Source: Promethearchaeia archaeon
Lineage (GTDB): Archaea > Asgardarchaeota > Lokiarchaeia > Sigyniarchaeales > SOKP01
Reading direction: 5' to 3'
DNA length: 32,000 nt
NCBI GenBank assembly: GCA_046497275.1
Contig: JAWOFX010000061.1
Location: 60,001-92,000, forward strand
Part shown: positions 25,969-32,000 of the stretch, piece by piece
Layout of the letters: each line of letters starts with the position of its first letter
Position numbering within the stretch: position 1 is the stretch's first letter
Notes under the pieces: generated by a model
Database searches by the model: none
The model's input: the letters and a program-made list of their open reading frames with translations, nothing else
What the model was told of the DNA's origin: nothing
Made by a program: the position numbers and the translations under genes

Positions 25969-26250
25969 TCAATTATGGTTTTCCGCCCTCCTTCTTTTCA
26001 TTATTAAAATAATCCAAATAAAAATAAACATAGAACTTAACACATAACAAATGTGTTCAATATAATTTAAAAGATCATAGAGTATTATTGCTTCAAAAAC
26101 TGTAGCACACCATGCAATTAAGATTAATATTATCGAGATAAAGAAGAATTTAAATTCTGGGATTGTTTTCAGGTTTTTATAATTTATTGTTATAAAGATG
26201 AAAACAACTATTCCAAGTATAAATACTATTAATTCCCCTTCTTCAATCAT
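25969..26250 (-). CDS. Small 3-TM protein directly upstream of the histidine kinase
   Basis: 93 aa with three hydrophobic segments; 10-nt gap to the kinase start on the same strand. Confidence 0.8.
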   Translation of the reverse strand: MIEEGELIVFILGIVVFIFITINYKNLKTIPEFKFFFISIILILIAWCATVFEAIILYDLLNYIEHICYVLSSMFIFIWIILIMKRRRAENHN

Positions 26251-26418
26251 TGAATTAATAAGGTTGAATGGTTAAAAGATATGAAATTTTTGTTTGATTA
26301 GAAAAAATAAATTATCTCTTATTATAATTTGCTTTTCTTCAAAAAAAAAAAGATAATAACACTTTTGTTAATTCAATTAATAAATAATATAAAAAAAAAG
26401 ATTAGATTAATTATTTTC

Positions 26419-27087
26419 TTATTTTTCACGTTGAGGTCTATGACAAAGCCACCAGTCAAAACAGGTAATGTTTGGGTCTTCTAATCTCTCTTTAGCGGTT
26501 TTTACATCTTTCGCGGGTGGAACTATTACATGATCTCCGATTAGTTCATTATTTGGCCAATTTGCAGGTACTGCGGCATTTTCTTTATCTGCTGTTTGGA
26601 GTGCTCTAAGCGCACGAATTATTTCATCCATATTTCGCCCAATTTCTTTTGGATAATATAAGATTATTCGAACTACACCCTCAGGGTCTATGATAAACAC
26701 GGCTCTAACAGTACTCGCACCTTGACCAGGATGAACCATCCCTAATTTTTGGGCAACAATTCCATGGTCTGCGATTATAGGAAAAGGGATTTCTGTATCT
26801 AAATTATCTTTTATCCATTCTGTCCATTTTATATGAGCAAAGACTTGATCGATAGAAAGTCCAACCAATTCTGTATTTAATTCTTGAAACTTATCAAATC
26901 GAGTTGCAAAACCGTGAAATTCTGTTGTGCATACCGGAGTAAAATCTGCAGGATGACTAAATACAATTAGCCATTTACCTTTAGAGGTTACATCATCAGG
27001 TAATGTCATCATTCCATGAGTAGTTTGGACTTCCATTTTTGGAAATTTATCCCCTATAAGGGGAATTCCAACTTCTTTTTCTGCCAT
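26419..27087 (-). CDS. Peroxiredoxin (archaeal Prx6/TPx type)
   Basis: [12 protein letters not shown] peroxidatic motif, [17 protein letters not shown]-terminal CFDWWLC. Likely start is ATG 27087 (the track uses GTG 27096). Confidence 0.96.
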   Translation of the reverse strand: MAEKEVGIPLIGDKFPKMEVQTTHGMMTLPDDVTSKGKWLIVFSHPADFTPVCTTEFHGFATRFDKFQELNTELVGLSIDQVFAHIKWTEWIKDNLDTEIPFPIIADHGIVAQKLGMVHPGQGASTVRAVFIIDPEGVVRIILYYPKEIGRNMDEIIRALRALQTADKENAAVPANWPNNELIGDHVIVPPAKDVKTAKERLEDPNITCFDWWLCHRPQREK

Positions 27088-27117
27088 TTTGTTCACTTAG
27101 AATAAATATTTTTGTTA

Positions 27118-27134
27118 TTAATAATTATTATTAA
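27118..27134. promoter_or_regulatory. Fur/PerR-type operator, perfect inverted repeat TTAATAAT-T-ATTATTAA
   Basis: Read directly at 27118..27134 between divergent prx and fur. The 7-1-7 core differs from the B. subtilis Per box TTATAAT-N-ATTATAA at one position per half-site. Confidence 0.65.
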
Positions 27135-27192
27135 CTAATATCTTATTGCATTAAATAATTGATTTTATAATCTATTAATAGTTCCAATATAT

Positions 27193-27627
27193 ATGGAAAA
27201 AGATTTTCTCAAGTTAAAGCTTCATAATCATAATAAAAGAATTACCCCTCAGAGGGAAGCAGTATATAATGCTCTATTAAATGATACAAATCATCCCAGC
27301 GCAGAGGAAATACATAAAGGCATAATCGATAAGTTCCCTAATTTAAGTTTAGCCACGGTATATCAAATTTTAAACATGTTTGAGAATGAATTAAATTTGG
27401 TTAAAAGTATTATCGTAGATAATACAAAACATTATGAAGTAGATTCTCAATTCCATGTTCATCTCATATGTCCTGAATGTAATCAAATTCGCGATATTTA
27501 TTCTGAGAAGATTAAATCTTTTTGGGAAAATCTTGTTCATGAATTAGATATTAATCCTAAAGATCAAACTATCAAAATTTATCAAGTATGTTCTGATTGT
27601 GAGAAAAAATTAAAAGAAAAAAATTGA
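27193..27627 (+). CDS. Fur-family transcriptional regulator, PerR-like
   Basis: ITPQREAV, HPSAEEI, LSLATVY, HVHLICPEC, CSDC; divergent from the peroxiredoxin. Confidence 0.92.
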   Translation: MEKDFLKLKLHNHNKRITPQREAVYNALLNDTNHPSAEEIHKGIIDKFPNLSLATVYQILNMFENELNLVKSIIVDNTKHYEVDSQFHVHLICPECNQIRDIYSEKIKSFWENLVHELDINPKDQTIKIYQVCSDCEKKLKEKN

Positions 27628-27669
27628 AGATTATAGAGAGAATTCGATTCTTTTGTATGAGTAGTTTTT

Positions 27670-28380
27670 TTAATACTGTTCTTCTTCCTCTTCGGTTTGA
27701 CTTTTCCATCTGATATATTCTAAAAATGATTCATTCCGAATTTTTTCTTCTTTTGTTGTCTTTCTTTGCTTATTAATTTCATTAACATTTCTTATCAAAA
27801 AGAAGACTAGTAAAAAGAGGCATACAATGAGCAAAATTTCTAACCAAAACCATCCTATGCGAAATTCATAAAAATATTGCCAGGTTGAAACTCCCATAAT
27901 ATAATTAATATTAAATTCAGATTGAACTTCCTCTGGTACTCCGCTTACATTTACTAAAAGAGTTATAGAACCATAAGCAGTAAAATTATCATTTTTATTA
28001 AGATTAGCATTAAATTCATAAAGATAACTTTCTTTTGGACTTCCAAATACCGTCTCATCTGATATAATTAATAGATCATTAGCTTGTATCGTACAATCAA
28101 TTTCTGATATTCCAATGATTTGATCCGTCTGATTAGATGTATAAGAGATATAAAATACAGATTTATATCTATCTATTTGATTATTATAATCAAGGTCTAT
28201 TATATAATTAACTTCAATACTATTCCCACCATATACCATTTTATCGGTTTTTTCGATTTGATAATGTCCAAGATCTAATATGGAATCCAAATTAAAAATA
28301 ATAAAGAGGGAAAGAGCATTTAGGATTAATAAAATTAAGATAATGAATAATGTAATATACGACTTTTTCTTTACTTTCAT
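27670..28380 (-). CDS. Hypothetical membrane protein (N-terminal TM, probable extracellular domain, C-terminal TM, charged tail)
   Basis: Basic N-terminus + hydrophobic helix, ~150-aa polar region, second hydrophobic helix, acidic C-terminus. Confidence 0.75.
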   Translation of the reverse strand: MKVKKKSYITLFIILILLILNALSLFIIFNLDSILDLGHYQIEKTDKMVYGGNSIEVNYIIDLDYNNQIDRYKSVFYISYTSNQTDQIIGISEIDCTIQANDLLIISDETVFGSPKESYLYEFNANLNKNDNFTAYGSITLLVNVSGVPEEVQSEFNINYIMGVSTWQYFYEFRIGWFWLEILLIVCLFLLVFFLIRNVNEINKQRKTTKEEKIRNESFLEYIRWKSQTEEEEEQY

Positions 28381-28676
28381 TCTAATTATACATGTTTTTT
28401 TTATCTTAATTATTAAAATTTTTTATCCTTTAAATTTGTTTGAATTTCCTTAGTTTTTTAAGTTACTTATCAAAATATCTATTCTTTCTTTATTTTTATT
28501 TTATACTTTTTAAAAACACGGTTTCTGTTCAAGAATTATTTTCTACCGATAATTTCCTTGATTATCAAAACTTTCTCTATAAATTAAAAATTAAATAATC
28601 GAAAATGAGACTATTATAATTTTTCAATATATTCTGAATATATTAAAAAAATTAGAAAAAAATAGGGATTTTAATT

Positions 28677-30092
28677 TTAAAGTTGGGGTCTTTTATCTTG
28701 CCAAGGTTGTAAATCTTCAAAGGCTTTTGATACCTGAAGGACTTTTTGCTCATCAAATCGTTTCCCAATAATTTGCATTGCAATGGGAGTGCTTTCAGCC
28801 GACCAGCCACAAGGGATTGATGCAGCAGGATTACCAATTAGGTTTACTGGGAAAGTAAATGCTTGCCAAGCGGTTGGTGAAACATTCTGATTATTTATTT
28901 TAGAAGGGAAAGATTTTCCTAAATCGAATGCAGTTACGGCGGTAGTTGGTGTGATAAGGAGATCATAATCTTTAAAAACCTTAAAGAAACCTTCATAAAT
29001 GTTTTTTCTTACATCCATAGCTTTAATAATAGACAAACCATCATAATTTAACCCACCTTCAATCATTCTTATCAGATCAGGATCCATTTTATTGCGCCAT
29101 TCGTTTAATTTTGGTTTCATACTGAAAGCAATTTCAGAGGTCCAAATTGTATAAAAAGCTAGCTCTGGTTTTCTCAATTTCATTCTCACTTTGTCTATAT
29201 TCCAATCAAGAGATTCTAATTTTTCAATTGAATTCATTATAGATCTTTCTACTTCTGAATCGATTATTTTGGCATATCCCATATCCAAAGAATAAGCTAT
29301 TTTTAATTTTTCAGGAGTGTTTTCGATTGTTTTATAATAGCTAATATTATTATCAGGGAGAGAATATCTATAACCTTCAAAATAACCTTTCATCGCATCT
29401 AACATTAATGCGGCATCTTTTACATATCGCACAAGTGGGCCAACAGCAGATAATGTATGAGCAAAAATATATTCTTTAGGATATACTGGTACTCTGCCGA
29501 ACGTTGGTTTTATACCATAAACTCCATTTAAACTCGCAGGAATTCTTATTGAACCTCCTCCATCAGATCCTTGAGCTAAGGGGCTTATACCAGATGCGAC
29601 CGCAGCTCCAGCCCCTCCACTTGAACCTCCACATGTTTTATTCAAGTTCCAAGGATTTTTTGTCGTTCCAAAAATCTCATTATCAGTAACCCCTTTAAAA
29701 CCAAATTCGGGAGTATTAGTCTTTCCTAAAATAACACATCCCGCATTTTTCAATCTTTTCACATAAACACTATCTACATTTGGAATGAATTCTTCATAAA
29801 TTTTGGAACCAAAGGTGGTTCTTATACCTTTTGTTAGTGATAAATCTTTTAGAGAGGTTGGAATCCCATTCAATATTCCTAATGTTTCTCCTTTTTTAAC
29901 TGCCATATCTGCTTTTTTTGCCATATCTCTGGCAAGATCAAAAGTAGGAGTACAATATGCATTTATTTTTTTATTAATATTATTTGCCCTTTCAATAATC
30001 GCTTCCGTTATTTCTAAGGAAGTTAATTCTTGTGTTTTTATCTTTTCAAACATCTCATAGGCGGGTAAATAACAAATATCTTCTTTATTCAT
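28677..30092 (-). CDS. Amidase signature family enzyme
   Basis: PTSLKD (Lys), GKTNTPEFG, GGSSGG, GSDGGGSIRIP (Ser-cisSer-Lys triad). Confidence 0.93.
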   Translation of the reverse strand: MNKEDICYLPAYEMFEKIKTQELTSLEITEAIIERANNINKKINAYCTPTFDLARDMAKKADMAVKKGETLGILNGIPTSLKDLSLTKGIRTTFGSKIYEEFIPNVDSVYVKRLKNAGCVILGKTNTPEFGFKGVTDNEIFGTTKNPWNLNKTCGGSSGGAGAAVASGISPLAQGSDGGGSIRIPASLNGVYGIKPTFGRVPVYPKEYIFAHTLSAVGPLVRYVKDAALMLDAMKGYFEGYRYSLPDNNISYYKTIENTPEKLKIAYSLDMGYAKIIDSEVERSIMNSIEKLESLDWNIDKVRMKLRKPELAFYTIWTSEIAFSMKPKLNEWRNKMDPDLIRMIEGGLNYDGLSIIKAMDVRKNIYEGFFKVFKDYDLLITPTTAVTAFDLGKSFPSKINNQNVSPTAWQAFTFPVNLIGNPAASIPCGWSAESTPIAMQIIGKRFDEQKVLQVSKAFEDLQPWQDKRPQL

Positions 30093-30255
30093 GGTTTTGA
30101 AAGTAATTTTTTTATTATATGAAAATACGATAGAAATTCATTTAAATTCTTTTCTTTTATTTTAGATTATAAAATCTATAATCTATATTCAAAAACTCTA
30201 TATTAATCCGTATTATAATTTTCATATAGTATTATTTTAACAAGGTAATTTTTAA

Positions 30256-31908
30256 ATGAATGAATATAAACTTGAAAAATTGGATAGTTTTTCAGGAAGG
30301 GAAGGACCATTAACTCTTATTATTATGGATGGAATTGGTTTGGGGGAAAAAACTGAAACTAATGCGTTTTATCGGGCGAATACTCCATTTTTAGATAAGT
30401 TAATTGAAGAATCCTCTAAAAAGGGACAATATACAACTTTGAAAGCTCATGGAACAGCTGTTGGGCTTCCAACAGATAAAGAAATGGGAAACTCCGAAGT
30501 GGCACATAATGCTTTAGGATCGGGTAGAATTGTGAAACAAAGAGCAACCTTAGCAAAAGAATCCATATCTTCCGGAGATTTATTTAAATCTAAAAAATGG
30601 GAATCTTTTACATCAAAGATAAAAAACCAAGAAAACACATTACATTTTATTGGATTATTATCTGATGGATATGTCCACAGTCATATTACACATTTATATG
30701 GGCTTTTAGACGGAGCTGTAGATTCAAATATTAAAAAAGTTCGGATTCATACATTATTAGATGGAAGAGATGTACCACCTCAATCATCATTGGAATTTAT
30801 AGATCAATTAAATGATAAATTAATGGGCATAAATAAATTAAATATGTATGATTATCAAATAGCGTCTGGAGGTGGAAGAATGAGAGTAACGATGGATCGA
30901 TATTATTCAGATTGGGAAGTAGTGAAAAGAGGGTGGGAAGCTCATGTTTGTGGAGTTCCAGAACAAAATTCTGATTATAAAGGATATTTCTTCTCAGCAA
31001 AGGAGGCAATACAAAAAGCAAGGGAACTAGAACCTAACATAAGTGATCAATATCTACCATCCTTTGTAATAATTGATGAGGAGAATAATCCTGTAGGAAA
31101 AATGAAGGATGGAGATGGGGTGATAAATTTCAATTTTAGAGGAGACCGTGCTGTAGAAATATCGCAAGCCTTTGATAATACTAATTATGGTTTTGAAAAA
31201 AGCTGTAATCCTAAAGTTATTTATTACGGATTAGAACAATATGATAAGAAGAAAAACTTACCAGAACACTATTTTATCGTTCCCCCTGAGGTTGAGGATC
31301 CACTCGCAAAATACCTTTGTTATGAGAAAATTCAGCAATTTGCGATAGCAGAAACTCATAAATTTGGGCATATTACGTACTTTTGGAATGGAAATAAAGA
31401 AGGATATGTTTGTGAGAATTATGAAAAATATATCGAAATAAAATCAGATCCAAGCGAAATGATTGAGGATAATCCTAAAATGAAAGGATATCAGGTAAAG
31501 GATGCACTTCTTGAAGCCTTAGAAACAGAGGATTATAGGTTTTTAAGAGCTAATTGGGCAAATGGGGATATGGTTGGTCATACGGGAAATATTAACTCTG
31601 CTATTATTGCAGCTGAGACAGTTGATGAATGTGTAAAGGATGTAGTTCACAAGGTAATGGATTTAAATGGTATTGCTATTGTCACCGCAGATCATGGAAA
31701 TCTTGAGGAAATGGGGAAAGGACATTCAACAGCTCATTCTTTAAATCCCGTAATGTTTGCGATTATCGATCAGCATTATAATAATGAATACGAAATAAAT
31801 AAAAATATAAAGGAACCAGGTTTAGGAAATGTAGCAGCAACTATTCTGAATTTATTAGGCTATAAAAAACCGTCGACATTTATGGATTCATTAATAAAAT
31901 TTAACTAA
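30256..31908 (+). CDS. gpmI: 2,3-bisphosphoglycerate-independent phosphoglycerate mutase (GpmI type)
   Basis: MDGIG, GNSEVAHNALGSGR (phospho-Ser), LSDGYVHSH, DGRD, NFRGDR, NGDMVGHTG, TADHGN. Confidence 0.96.
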   Translation: MNEYKLEKLDSFSGREGPLTLIIMDGIGLGEKTETNAFYRANTPFLDKLIEESSKKGQYTTLKAHGTAVGLPTDKEMGNSEVAHNALGSGRIVKQRATLAKESISSGDLFKSKKWESFTSKIKNQENTLHFIGLLSDGYVHSHITHLYGLLDGAVDSNIKKVRIHTLLDGRDVPPQSSLEFIDQLNDKLMGINKLNMYDYQIASGGGRMRVTMDRYYSDWEVVKRGWEAHVCGVPEQNSDYKGYFFSAKEAIQKARELEPNISDQYLPSFVIIDEENNPVGKMKDGDGVINFNFRGDRAVEISQAFDNTNYGFEKSCNPKVIYYGLEQYDKKKNLPEHYFIVPPEVEDPLAKYLCYEKIQQFAIAETHKFGHITYFWNGNKEGYVCENYEKYIEIKSDPSEMIEDNPKMKGYQVKDALLEALETEDYRFLRANWANGDMVGHTGNINSAIIAAETVDECVKDVVHKVMDLNGIAIVTADHGNLEEMGKGHSTAHSLNPVMFAIIDQHYNNEYEINKNIKEPGLGNVAATILNLLGYKKPSTFMDSLIKFN

Positions 31909-32000
31909 ATTATAATCTATAAATTAGTAAATCTTTTTTATTTAAAAGTAAAATATTTAAGTAAAATTAGTGTATTAAAAATTTATTATATTAATAAAGC

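Noticed and set aside
28677-30092. Amidase as GatA of the Glu-tRNA amidotransferase, given gltX in the window
   Set aside because: No gatB/gatC neighbours, 10 kb from gltX, and the sequence reads as a generic amidase-signature enzyme; not assignable without a phylogeny.
567-31021. Many 60-110 aa track ORFs overlapping longer genes, antisense or in alternative frames (e.g. 567..782, 1717..1938, 2452..2637, 9922..10203, 11744..12079, 13298..13594, 15571..15888, 29803..30060, 30797..31021)
   Set aside because: They overlap well-supported genes and show no recognisable motifs; expected by chance.

Overview
AT-rich archaeal chromosomal window, probably from an Asgard archaeon of the Lokiarchaeia type. 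Archaeal identity rests on rpS8e, SRP19, a proteasome beta subunit, an archaeal-type GluRS and a tRNA with a bulge-helix-bulge (BHB) intron; the Asgard/Loki assignment is an inference from composition and gene style. Most of the window is housekeeping or metabolic: DUF4443/wHTH, JAMM protease, psmB, rps8e, hypA, srp19, enoyl-CoA hydratase, tautomerase, two aldo-keto reductases, an MtxX-like protein, a CPBP protease, gltX, an ADP-ribosylglycohydrolase, an SGNH hydrolase, two HAD enzymes, a nucleotidyltransferase, a histidine kinase, a peroxiredoxin with a Fur/PerR regulator, an amidase and gpmI. It also holds tRNA-Pro(GGG) and intron-containing tRNA-Arg(GCG). The most unusual part is the ~4.5 kb accessory block between rps8e and hypA. 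It carries a TspO-like gene, a 277-bp diverged copy of that gene's 3' end fused to a broken ORF, and an 897-aa protein. That protein has about six N-terminal TM helices, five tandem ~85-aa repeats resembling homing-endonuclease-associated repeats, and a C-terminal domain with PD-(D/E)XK-like features, making it a candidate membrane-tethered DNA-binding nuclease. Secondary observations are a perfect 8-1-8 Fur/PerR-type operator between divergent prx and fur, a small 3-TM protein that appears homologous to the sensor domain of the adjacent kinase, an MtxX homolog, and a plant/trypanosomatid-like iPGAM. No CRISPR array, transposase or integrase was seen. All family assignments come from motif recognition, not database searches.
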